Assembly: GCA_024137785.1 (NCBI GenBank)
Contig: JAHRHZ010000040.1
Location: 5,046,086 to 5,110,085, forward strand
Length of the DNA stretch: 64,000 bases
Direction of reading: 5' to 3'
Source of the DNA: Ginglymostoma cirratum
Taxonomy: Eukaryota
Part shown: in pieces, positions 39,250 to 50,519 of the stretch
Position numbering within the stretch: the stretch's first letter is position 1
Layout: every line of letters starts with the position of its first letter
Notes under the pieces: generated by a model
What the model was told of the DNA's origin: nothing
Databases searched by the model: none
The model's input: only the letters and a program-made list of their open reading frames with translations
Program-made: the position numbers and the translations under genes

Positions 39250-40240
39250 ATGAATTTCAGTCATTTTTGGATATGCATTTATATTTCTACTGACGACTTG
39301 GTGCAGCACTGAGTTATTATTAATAAACTGCTGAAGCCACCACCATTTGATTAACCTGACAATAATTATCCCAATGTTACTAACTACAAAGATTGGAAGT
39401 ATTGGGTGTAAGTTCTTTTTATTTCTCAAGAAATCCTTCAATCCATTACTTTTGTCCCTTGATCTCTGGCATAAAGTATCTCATATTCTGGGTACATGCC
39501 ATCAAGCAAATATGAGCAGCAGGATGTAAAGTTATCAACCAGTGAAGTGCACAGATAATCATCTCTCAAATGACTAATAAATAATTTAGTAGTTATTTCA
39601 AAACATACAATAAGTCAGAAACTGACTTGCACCTGGTTTTTCTGAACTTATCAGAAAAATATATGTTCATTACTGATGATGGTTGTTGGTTCTATAGTAA
39701 ATCGATCTGACAGTTCCTCTGCCTTATGATCAAAAAAGACCGAATCTAATAACCTCTTTATCCCTTTACTCAAGACAATTCTGTCAAAGCCTTAACCATT
39801 GAAAAATAGTGAAGATACCTGAGAAAACCTATTATTGGATAAGTAAACAGGACCCATTGACCCAAACACTTTTGTCCTTGACAAATTACGCATCAGATTT
39901 TGTTTTTTGCTCTCTGTCACTGAGCTGGCTCACATATCTCACATTTTTATGTAATCAACACACTGATGGATGATCAGCAGAACCTGTCACTCTCAACCCA
40001 TCAATGTTGTAAAGTGTTTTTCAAATCGCATTTATAATTGACAACCTTTTGAGCAAAGAGGCAGACAGGGTTCCTGAACACAAAGGCCTTGGCCTGAGGA
40101 GAAAATTCCTTCTTAAGCAAAAAAAACCTGACACAAGGCAGACCATACTGATAACCAGGGGCATCAAAATTCAAGCTTATTCTTGGGCTGTCTAACAGAA
40201 ACTTGGATTTAATTTGAGGTATTTTAGAATTGCATTCGAT
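39250..40240 (-). mobile_element. Second eroded DIRS-like segment (ORF1 C-term + RT)
   Basis: KSKFLLDSPRISLNF (KxxLLDxP), GQWVLF, FFDHKARGTVRSIY (FLVPKxxGxxRPI), SYLLDGMY, FLRNKKNLHP, in collinear order. Confidence 0.35.
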
Positions 40241-40974
40241 CATTATACTGACCTAAGAAATTAAGGGTATTGGAATGATCACATTATCACTAGTTTTCAG
40301 TGCAACAATAATTTACTAAATATTGTTCCCAGAAAGTATGTGCATTGATTTTGCAACAATACTTTACTGAATATATATAAGTTGAAACGCCATGTTACAA
40401 ATACATACAAATGAATTCATTGTGAAAATGTAGATCCCAATAATAAACGAGCCAATGGACATTTTCTGTGTACCAGTGATTATTCTTTACTGCCATTCTG
40501 CTCAAAATTGATTGTTTTTGATAGGATTGATCTTTTCTGTATTGTAAAAATCTCAAATCAGATAATTTTCAGTTGTAGATTTGAAATTATAGTTGGGAAT
40601 TAATAAAATTCATGAGTTTTAACTGGTTTTCATGTATTATTGATATATGAAAGTTATCAATAACAGGTAATATAGTGTTAAAGTTACTAAACAAATAATG
40701 AAGTAAATGTGAAATCAAATCCCACTATGTCAGTTTGTGAATTTGAGTTCAGTTCATTGAAAAAAAGAGATTAGGAGCAAATATCAGAACTGTACTTTTT
40801 AACCCCACCTGGATTGTGAACAGTGTTTGGGAAATGAAAACGCCATTTTTACTTTGACTGGCCTATATATTACAGCAAACCCAATAATATGTTTTTTATA
40901 AAAGGTAACGGGTTCTAATATTGAAGCTGCATTACCTAATCTGACATCACACAGTTTTTGGCTAGAATACAGTC

Positions 40975-41105
40975 ACAGAATCATAGAGGTCTACAGCACA
41001 GAAAAAGGCCCTTCAAGTTTGTCCCAGTCAATAACTACTATTAAACTATTCTAATTCCATTTACCAGCACTTGACCCATAGACATGTGTGTCTTGGCATC
41101 GCAAA
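40975..41105 (-). mobile_element. CR1/HER1 3' tail remnant
   Basis: agaatcatagaggtctacagcacagaaaaaggcccttc is the reverse complement of the family tail. Confidence 0.7.
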
Positions 41106-41433
41106 TATAGAAGAAACACTCTAGCACAAGATCCTAATGGGGCTGATGCGTCATCACTGGCTCATGATAGTCTTTCTTAATATGTGCAACTAGTTGACAT
41201 AATTTACCCCTACAGATAACATGCAAGAAATTGCATCTTGTTGTGTAAGACAAGTGACTCTCCTCATCATGATTTAATAACGATTTATCTTCCACTACTG
41301 TCATTTAGAACAGACTCGTGGAGCTATCAAAGAAAGGGGAATTGGTGGTTTCACTCTATCGTGACTACAAACTGCAATTAGTTAGTATTGCTACATACAA
41401 CACTTTGATTAGGAGTGGGGATTGTTGCACAGA

Positions 41434-41775
41434 GGGAAAGGCTGGTATAGTGGTAATGTCACTGGACTAATAATCCAGAGGTCTACATTAATGTTCTGGG
41501 GAAATGGCTTCAAATTCCACCAGAGCAGATGAAGGAATTTGAATGCAGTCAATAAATATGGAATTTAAAGTCATTGTCAGTTATGGTGACCATGAAGCTA
41601 ACAGTGATGGTTGTAGAACTCCATATGGTTTATGAATGTCCTTCAGGAGAAGAACATCTGCCATCCTTACCTGATCTAGCCTGTATGTAACTCGCATTCT
41701 ACAGCAATGCAGTTGACTCTTAATTGCCCTCTGAAACAGTTTAACAGATGTACAGCAAATGCTGGATTGTCAGAT
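41434..41775 (+). mobile_element. tRNA-headed SINE / LINE-B 5' end
   Basis: A box tggtatagtgg 41443-41453, hairpin ctgga-ctaataa-tccag 41462-41478, B-box-like ggcttcaaattcc, body atctgccatccttacctg...gactcttaattgccctctg. Confidence 0.8.
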
Positions 41776-41929
41776 GGGCTCAGAGTGTGGTGTACTTGTG
41801 TGTATTGGAAGTGCAAAGGTCATCCAAGTGACGTGGGCAACTACCTGAGTTTAGCATGGAAGAGTCCCGCTGCAAAGAAAATCCAGAGATAAGGTCATGG
41901 ATCAATTATCAGTTTAGCAGGAGAAAGGT

Positions 41930-42143
41930 TAAAGATAAAGTTGCCATAGTGTTACCAAACCATTGAGCTCTTCTGTCATTAGAGAGGGTTGACTGGTGGT
42001 GCATTAACCTGAGGGTCACCATGCCTCAGATGAGGGTAGAGTTTGAGAAGGAGAATCCTTTGTGGTAACATCAGCAAAGCAAGAATTGAACCTATACTTT
42101 GGTTCCACTCACCAGCCACCCAGCCATTTGAGCTCACTGACCT
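41930..42143 (-). mobile_element. tRNA-derived SINE (same family as 35448-35662)
   Basis: taaagttgccatag...cattagagagggttgactggtggtgcattaacctgagggtcaccatgcctcag...cagccatttgagctcactgacc. Confidence 0.72.
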
Positions 42144-42304
42144 TAAGTAGGAACTAAATCCTCAATAAAGAACATCCAAGAGATAAAGATCCTCCAGGAG
42201 AGAAAATATTCCAAATGATCAGAGGTCAGAAAGGGACAGAGATGATAAGCCTAAGAATTCACCAACTGTCAAGGCAAGGTGTCACAACTGTAAAGAATAA
42301 TAAA

Positions 42305-42565
42305 ACTGAAGGCTCTGTACCTGAATGAACATTGTATTAGTAGTAAAGTTACTGAATTGATAGTACACATTGAAGTAAATAAATACAATCTGGTGGCAAT
42401 TACGGCAGACATGGCTGCTTAATGACTGGGATTGGGCCCTGAGTATTGAGGAGTATGAAACACTCAATAAAAGTAAGCTAGGTCAAGGTAGAGGAATCAT
42501 ATTGTTAAACATTGCAACAATGCCATCCTTGATTAAAGATGACTTTGGTTCAGGAGATCAGAATA
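42305..42565 (+). mobile_element. CR1 AP-endonuclease N-terminal fragment
   Basis: LYLNEHCISSKVTELIVHIEVNKYNLVAIT..WL..DWDWALSIEEY. Confidence 0.75.
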
Positions 42566-42569
42566 TATC

Positions 42570-43408
42570 TATAGTGCTACATCCAACTCCTTCGTGAAGT
42601 TATACAATGATTTGGCCTTGACTGCTTTCTGTAGTGGTGAATTCCCCAGTCTCACTTCTCTCTGGGTGAATAAATTACTCCTCATTTCAGTCCTAAATGG
42701 ATTACCTCATTTCCTCAGGCAGTGACCTTTGGTTCTGGACTCCCCTGCTATCAGGTACATGCTTCCTGTATCTACCCTATCTAATCCTGTTCGAATTTTA
42801 TAGCTTTCTATGAGACCCTCCTTCATTGTTCTGAACTCCAGCAAATGTAATCCCAACTGATTCAAGCTCTCTTCATATGACAGTCCTGCCATCCCAGGAA
42901 TCAGTGTGGTGAACCCTCATTGCACTCCTTCTGTGACAAGAAAATCCTCACTCAGATAAGGAGACCAAAACTGGACACAATATTTGAGGTGTGGCCTCAT
43001 CAATGCCCTGTATAATTGCAGCAAGACATCTGCGTTCCTGTACTCAAATCCTCTCACTTTGAAGGCCACGATGTGTCTTTGTTTACTGCTTGCTGAAGCT
43101 GCACGCTTACTTTCCGCAATTGGTACATGAGGACACCCAGATCTCATTGCACACTCCTCTCTCTCAATTTACAGCTATTCAAATATTAGTCTACCTTCCT
43201 CTTTTTTCTACCAAAGTGGGTAACCTCACATTTATCCACATTGTACTGTACCTGCCATGCATTTTCCCACTCATTTAGCCTTTCCAAATCACACTGAAAC
43301 ATCTCTACATCCTACTCGCAGCTCACCCTCCCACCAAATTTAAGTCATCAGCAGATTTGGAGACATTACATTTAGTTTATTCATCTAAATCATTAATATG
43401 TACAGTGA
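42570..43408 (-). mobile_element. CR1 RT C-terminal fragment
   Basis: RGFEYRNADVLLQLYRALMRPHLKYCVQFWSPYL; GLSYEESLNQLGLHLLEFRTMKEGLIESYKI. Confidence 0.88.
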
Positions 43409-45157
43409 GAGGAAGTTATAGTCCTTTGGTATTATCAGTTGACTATTAATTCAGAAACTCAGGCAATGTTCTGAGGACCTGCATCTGAATCCTACCACAA
43501 CAGATTGTGAATTAACGGTTCAATTATGACCATGGGACCACTGTTGATTGTTGTAAAAAAATCCCATCTGGTTCACTAATGTCCTTCAGGGAAGGAAATC
43601 TGCCATCCTCACCTCGTCTGGCCTACATGTGACTCCAGACCAACAGCAATGTGGTTGACAGATTCTCAAATGCACTCTGAAATGGCCACTCAGTTGTAGC
43701 AATTGCTACACTGTCTCAACAAAGGTAAGAAACTGAATGGACAAATTGGTATTAACCGAGGCACCAGAAAAGACAAAAGCAGAAACAGCCCTGTCAACAC
43801 TGCAAAGTTCTCCTGGGAGCTCGTGCCAAAATTGGGAGGCCTGTCTCACAGACTGGTCGAGAAACAGCCTGACATGGTCACATTCACGGAATCATATTTT
43901 ACAGACAATGTACCAGACACCATCATCACCCTCCCTGGATATGTCCTGACCCACCTGCAGGGCAAACCCAGCAGAGGTGGTGGCACAATGGTATACAGTC
44001 AGGAGTGAGCTGTCCTGGGAGTCCTCAACATTAATTTTGGACAGCATGAAGTCTCATGACTTCAGGTTAAACATGGGCAAGGAAAGTTTCTGCTGATTAA
44101 CATTTACGGTCCTCCCTCAGCTGATGAATCAGTACACCATGAAGAACAACGGGTGAAAAGGATGAAAAATGTACCCTGAATGGGATATGTCAATTTCTAC
44201 TAGTTAAAGTAGCTTGGTAGCAGCACTACTGATCGAGTTGGTCAGGGTCTAAAGGACATAGCTGCTAGGCTGGGTCTGCAGCAGACGGTGAGGTACTTGA
44301 CTTCATCTTCACATGATCTGCCTGCTGTAGATGCATCTGCCCATGTCAGTATCAGTAAGAATGACAATTGCACAGTTCTTGTGGAGATGAAGTCCCACCT
44401 TCACATTGAGAATACCTTACATCATGTTGTGCGCTACAATCAGTGTGCTAAATGAAACAGATTTTGAACAGATCTAACATCTCAAGACTGAGCATCCACA
44501 AGGTGCTGAGGGCCATCAACAGCAGCATCATATTGCAACACAATCTGCAAGCTATGGTCTGGCATATCCCAGACTCAATCACCACCATCAAGCCAGGGGA
44601 TCAACCATGGTTCACTGAAGAGTTCTGGAAAACACACCAGGAACAACATCAAGCATACATAAAAATGTGGTATCAACATGGAGAAGCTACAAAACAGGAC
44701 TATTAGCATGCCAAACAGCGCAACCAGCAAACGACAGACACAGCTAAGCAATTCCACAACCAATAGATCAGATCTTATATCTGCTGTTCTGTCACATTCA
44801 ATCATGAATGGTGATGAACTAAAAACTCACTGGAGGTGGAGGTTCCACAAATTTCCCAATCCTCAACGATGGGAGAGACCAGCATATTAGTACAAAAAGT
44901 AAGGGTGAAGCATTTGGACTATCAGTGGATGATCCAGTGGTCCCCAGCATCACAGGTGGCATCTTCAGCCAATTCGATTCACTCCATGTGAGATCAAGAA
45001 ATGGTTGGAGGCACTGAATATAAAGAATCTATGGACCCTAACAACACACTGGCAATAGTACAGAAAACATGTGCTCCAGATTTGGCAGCACTTCTAGCTA
45101 ATTTCTTCCAGTGCAATTACAACACTGGCATCGACCCAACAATATGGGAAATTGTAT

Positions 45158-45705
45158 CAGAGATAAAAGGTACCGCAGATGCTGGAGAATCCGAGATAAC
45201 AAGGCATGGGGCTGGATGAACACAGCAGGCCAAGCAGCATCATAGGAGCAGGAAAAGGCCNNNNNNNNNNNNNNNNNNNNNNNNNNNNNNNNNNNNNNNN
45301 NNNNNNNNNNNNNNNNNNNNNNNNNNNNNNNNNNNNNNNNNNNNNNNNNNNNNNNNNNNNNNNNNNNNNNNNNNNNNNNNNNNNNNNNNNNNNNNNNNNN
45401 NNNNNNNNNNNNNNNNNNNNNNNNNNNNNNNNNNNNNNNNNNNNNNNNNNNNNNNNNNNNNNNNNNNNNNNNNNNNNNNNNNNNNNNNNNNNNNNNNNNN
45501 NNNNNNNNNNNNNNNNNNNNNNNNNNNNNNNNNNNNNNNNNNNNNNNNNNNNNNNNNNNNNNNNNNNNNNNNNNNNNNNNNNNNNNNNNNNNNNNNNNNN
45601 NNNNNNNNNNNNNNNNNNNNNNNNNNNNNNNNNNNNNNNNNNNNNNNNNNNNNNNNNNNNCTTGTTATCTCGGATTCTCCAGCATCTGCAGTACCTTTTA
45701 TCTCT
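45158..45705. mobile_element. Family A Penelope terminal repeats in inverted orientation on both sides of a 400-N gap
   Basis: 45661-45705 cttgttatctcggattctccagcatctgcagtaccttttatctct is the reverse complement of ~45160-45203. Confidence 0.8.
45261..45660. other. Assembly gap (400 N)
   Basis: Run of n characters. Confidence 1.
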
Positions 45706-48700
45706 ATCTTACCTCCTGTCTCCCAACAGCCTGTCCATCATCTACAACGCACAATTCAGGAGTGTGATGGAATACTCCCACTTATCTGGATGAGTGCCTC
45801 AAACACCATACAAGAAGCTTGGCACAATTCAGAATAAAGCTGCCCACTGGACTGGCACCATATCCACAAGCACTCTGTCACTCCACTACCAATGCTCTGT
45901 AGTAGCACTGTGTACCGTCTGCAAGATACACTGCAGAAATTCACCAAGGATTCATCTTTAGATAGCACCTGCCAAATCCATGACCATTACTACCTAGAAG
46001 GACAAGGGTAACAGATACATGAGAACCTGAAAGTTCTCCTCAAAGCCAAAACCACTCATCACTTGACTTGGAAATATATCACTTTTCGTTCAATGTTGCT
46101 GGGTCAGAATCCTGTAATTCCCTTTCTAAGGACATTGTGGGTCTACCTACAGCACATGGACGACAATAATTTAAGAAGACAGCTTACCACTTACTTCTCA
46201 AGGGCATCTAGGGATGAGCAATAAAAAGCTAACCCAGCCAATAATGCCCATGTTCCACGAGTGAATAAAAAAGAACATGTCTGCAGGACTCTTGAGTGTT
46301 CATCTTCTTTTAGCTGCTGAATGTGTGGCCAAACATATTTGTTAAATCTGTGGCTGATGAATCTTCAGATCTCCACACAGCTGCCAGCCTATTGGATGCT
46401 GCAGCTAAATGATGTGGAGGTACTGGTGTTGGACTGGGGTGGACAAATTCAGAAGTCACACAACACCAGGCTACAGTCCAACAGTCCACAAGCTTTCAGA
46501 GCATAGCCCCTTTGTCAGGTGAAGTGAGAGAGAAGCACACAGACATAAAATGGATGGGTAGAGAGATCAAAAGGCCATGCAAATAGTATGAGGGGAGTAT
46601 TGAACAATAAGTCTCTGCAGGTGAACCGAACTGTTAGGCAGTGTGCATAAAGTGTCAACAGCTGAATAGCAAGTGAAGGGATGACCTATAATCTGATTAA
46701 ATGAGGCAGAAAGATAATTGTTAAAAATTTAAAAATAATCTGGTGCTGGAGACTAACCAAATGGCTGGAATAACATGCTAGTTATAAGAGTCATATGATG
46801 AGGGTCTAACCAAAGTAACGAGAAATCCAAAACTGTATAAACCAATTAAAGTAGAGAAATCATAACAATTTATCAAGGTGATAGTGTCAAAACAGGACAG
46901 TAAGGAAGATTTTACAGGTAGAGCAAAGTGTGGTGGGGTCACATGTAATGTGACATAAACGCAAGGTCATGGTTGAGGCCATCTTCATGGCTATCAGTTT
47001 CTGATCAGTGATCCTGCGTTGTTCGGTATCTCGAAGGCCACCTTGGAGAACACTTACCCGAAGATCAGAGGCTGAATGTCCTTGACCATTGAAGAACAGG
47101 ATACAATGCTCAACTCATCGATCACCAGTTCTGACGTGCCTCAGCAAAAAAACGCCGGGAGAGAATATTCCTGTTGTGCGAGTGTCAATTCATCCATTTT
47201 CATAGTGTTTGCATGGTTGTGCCATTATACTATGACTCGCAGCATCCTTGCCAACAGCATATGAGATAGACTGCATTGGCTTAGGGATGATCTTGGTGAG
47301 ATGTTCGTTGCCATCAATGACATGTTGAAGGCTGCAAAGAACAATGCCTAGTCTCTCTGCTCCGGGGAATTACTGGATGACAAAGGATACTATATCGGTC
47401 GTATCCTATGTCTGTCTCCTGAGGAGGACATGGTGGTTTTTTTGCTGAGGCACGTCAGAACTGGTGATCGATGAGTTGAGCATTGTATTCTGTTCTTCTG
47501 AGGGTATTCTTCAAAATCTTTAAATGTCCGTTGCATTCCTAATCATCTGAGCAGATCCTGTGTGTGCACAGGGCTTGTCTGTAGGCAATGGCTTCTTTAA
47601 TATGTTTTGGGTGGAAACTAGAGAAGTGCAGCATCATGAAGTTATCCGAAGGCTTGTGGTAAAGTGAGGTACTGAGGAGTTGTCCTTGACTGAGATGTGT
47701 GTGTCCAAGAACGAGACTGCTTCTGAAGAGTAGTCCATGGTAAGTCTGATGGTGGGATGAAACTCATTGATATCATTATGTAGTCATTTAAGCGGTTCCT
47801 CGCCATGAGTCCGAAGGAAGAAAATGTTGCCAACGTATCTGGTGTATAGGTTGGTTGGTGGAGTTGTGCAGCCAAGAAGCCTTGTTTGAATTAGTGCAAG
47901 AAAATGTTAGCAAATTGGGGTGCATATTTGGTCCCCATGGCTGTTCTGTGTGTCCGGATAAAGAAGTGATTGTCGAAAGTGAAGATATTGTGGTCGAGGA
48001 TGAAGCAGTTGAGTTGTAGGATGGAGTCTGGAAAATGGCAATGGTTGGTATTGAGTACTGAGGCTATTGCAGCAATGCCATCACCATGGGGTATGCTGGT
48101 GTAGAGTGTCAAAACATCCATTGTGACAAGGAGTGTTTCTGGTTTGACTGGTCCATGGGTGCTGAGTTTCTGTAGGAAATCTGTAGTGTCACGACAGAAG
48201 CTGGGAGTTCCTTGTACAATGGGTTTCAAGATGCTCTTGACATAACTAAAGAGGTTCTCACACAGAGTCCCATGCCTGATACAATGGGATGTCCAGCTGT
48301 GTTGGCTTTGTGTTTCTTCTGAGGGCAGCAGAAGTCTCCTATGTGAGCCTCACCCGTGATCTTGGGTTCATGTCATGCTACATGTGACTCCACCACACAG
48401 TTGTGTATCTGTAAAATCTTCCTTCCTGTCCTGTTTTGATACCGTCATCTTGATAAATTGTTATGATCTCTCCACCTTAATTAGTTTGTACTTAATTGGT
48501 TTACTTCTGACTTTGGTTAGACCCTCGACACGTAACTCTTACAACTATCATATTATTCCACTTATTTGGTTTGTCTCTAGCACCACCTTATTTTTAATTT
48601 TATGAAATTATTTCTTTGCCTCATTTAATCAGATTATAGGTCATCCTTTCGCTTATTATTCAGTTGCTGACAGTTTACTCTCACCATCTAAACTTCTGAT

Positions 48701-48814
48701 CACCTGCAGAGACTTATTATTCGTCACTCCACTCACACCATTTGTATTATCTTTTGTACTCTCTGCCCTTGATGTCTCTGCTCATAAATTTTACATTCTG
48801 TGTGCTTCTCTCTC

Positions 48815-49742
48815 ATGAACTTCCCTCCATCATAAGATCAGAAGTAGGGATGTTCGCTGATGATTGCACAATGTTCTGCACCATTTGCGATTCCTCAGAT
48901 ACTGAAGCAGTCCTTGTTCACATGCAACAAGATCTGGACAATATCCAGGCTTGGGCTGACAAGTGGCAAGTGACATTTGCACCACACAAATGCCTTCACC
49001 AACGAGAGACAATTTAATCACCGTCCCTTGACATTCAATGGCGTTACCATCAGTGAAGCCCCCACTATCAACATCCTGAGGGTTACCATTGACCAGAAAC
49101 TCAACTGGACTCACTGCATTAACACAGTGGCTATGAGAGCAGGCCATAAACTAGGAATACTGCGCCGAGTAACTCATGTCCTGACTCCTCAAAGCCTGTC
49201 CACCATCCACAAGGCACAAGTCAGGAGTGTGATGTAATACTCCCCACTTGCCTGGATGAGTGCAGCCCCAACAACACTCAAGAAGCTCGACACCATCCAG
49301 GACAAAGCAGCCCGCTTGATTGGCACTACATCCAAAAGTATCCACTCCCTCCACCACCGACGCTCAGTAGCAGCAGTGCGTACTATCTACAAGATGCACT
49401 GCAGAAATTCACCAAAGATCCTCAGACAGCACCTTCTAAACCCATGACCACTTCTTTCTAGAAGGACAAGGGCATCAGATATATGGGAACACCACCACCT
49501 TCAAGTTCCCCTGCAAGTCACTCACCATCCTGACTTGGAAATATATCGCCGTTCCTTCATAGTCGCTGGGTCAATATCCTGGAATTCCCTTCCTAATAAC
49601 ATTGTGGGTCAACCTACAGCAGGAGGCCTGCAGCGGTTCAAAAATGCAGCTCACCACCACCTTCTCAAGGGCAACTAGGGACGGGCAAGAAACGCTGGCC
49701 AGCCAGCGATGACCACATCCCACAAATGGACAGAAAAAAAAA
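48815..49742 (+). mobile_element. Relatively young 5'-truncated LINE-B nested in the Penelope repeat
   Basis: IIRSEVGMFADDCTMF...WADKWQVTFAPHKC; LRRVTHVLTPQSLSTIHKAQVRSVM; A9 tail; host reads ctctctca|cttcacctgatg across it. Confidence 0.93.
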
Positions 49743-49744
49743 CT

Positions 49745-49781
49745 TCACCTGATGAAGGAGCTATGTTCCAAAAGCTTGTGA
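49745..49781 (+). ncRNA. Minimal hammerhead ribozyme motif (family C), GAAA mutated
   Basis: TCAC-CTGATGA-A-GGAGC-TAT-GTTCC-AAAAGCTT-GTGA; the mirror copy at ~46490-46523 (minus) keeps GAAAGCTT but has CTGACAA. Confidence 0.5.
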
Positions 49782-50233
49782 TTTCACATAAACCTGTTGG
49801 ACTATAACCTGGTGTCGTGTGGCAGCTAAATGGAGTCAACATCACTTCCAATAGTATCATATAATTAATCCACATCATAGCTCACCATGATGTAAGATAC
49901 ATCTCATAGATTTGTTGCCACCCTGCACTTTCCTGACAGGGCCCTATGGAGTCTGCCTGGTCCAGTGTGGCGGAGGAAAACCACTTGGTCATCTAACAAG
50001 AAGAGGGCCTTGTTAAATAAGACATAATTTGTTGTAACGATATACAATTTACATTGAGAATTGTTCCTGAGATAATGAAAGGGTTTCTCCATGTTATTTG
50101 TTGCTACTTCTTTTGTCTGATTCCATGGGACCATCATACAGTGTGGTGCTTAATGCATTTTTCAGCATTTCAGTTTCAAACATTTATCCATTTCAAACAT
50201 GTACATCCTTTTACAACTAATATAACTTTAAAG

Positions 50234-50422
50234 CGAAACCAAAAGAACTGCGGATATTGTAAATCAGGAACAAAAACAGAATTGCTGGAAAAGCTCAGCA
50301 GGTCTGGCAGCATCTGTGAAGGAGAAAAGAGAGTTAACATTTCGGGTCCGTTCTGAGGAAGGGTCACCGGACCCGGAACGTTAACTCTGTTTTCTCCGTC
50401 GCAGATGCTGCCAGACCTGCTG
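50234..50422. mobile_element. Fold-back Penelope cassette (family B), two inverted copies, 12-bp TSD with 1 mismatch
   Basis: 50296-50350 pairs with 50368-50423; ataactttaaag 50222-50233 / ataattttaaag 50423-50434. Confidence 0.85.
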
Positions 50423-50519
50423 ATAATTTTAAAGAGGATTGGTTTGGAACAGATCGAGGAGCTCCAGACTGGGCATGCATGAGTTGCTGTGGTCTGTCAC
50501 TAAAAGCATAATTTTTATT

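Larger units (their letters stand above)
43418..46273 (+). mobile_element. Near full-length LINE-B: tRNA-like 5' head, AP endonuclease, linker, (RT core missing or in gap), C-terminus, 3' UTR
   Basis: 5' 43418-43680 matches the SINE head/body; LVPKLGGLSHRLVEKQPDMVTFTESYFTDNVPD..ITLPGYVL...RGGGTMVYS; IKPGDQPWFTEE; KTCAPDLAALLANFFQ; SIIYNAQFRSVMEYS; ends gtgaataaaaaa. Confidence 0.85.
46412..49821 (-). mobile_element. Penelope-like element (family C): 5'-truncated RT + GIY-YIG ORF with ~0.5 kb inverted terminal repeats and 11-bp TSD
   Basis: LVTMDVLTLYTSIPHGDGI...FTFDNHFFIRTHRTAMGTKYAPQFANIF; VYLICCWQGCCES.YNGTTMQTL; 46455-46980 inverted vs 48350-48815+49743-49821; gcagctaaatg at 46401-46411 and 49822-49832. 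Confidence 0.9.

Noticed and set aside
40665-40895. Very old copy of the tRNA-headed SINE
   Set aside because: Only patchy similarity (tcaaatcccac...gtgaatttgagttca); not enough to list as a feature
41434-41520. Functional tRNA gene
   Set aside because: No acceptor stem or terminator; continues into the SINE body (same for 5082, 26343, 29305, 59561)
45206-45793. 195-aa ORF in the ORF track
   Set aside because: Artefact of translating through the N gap
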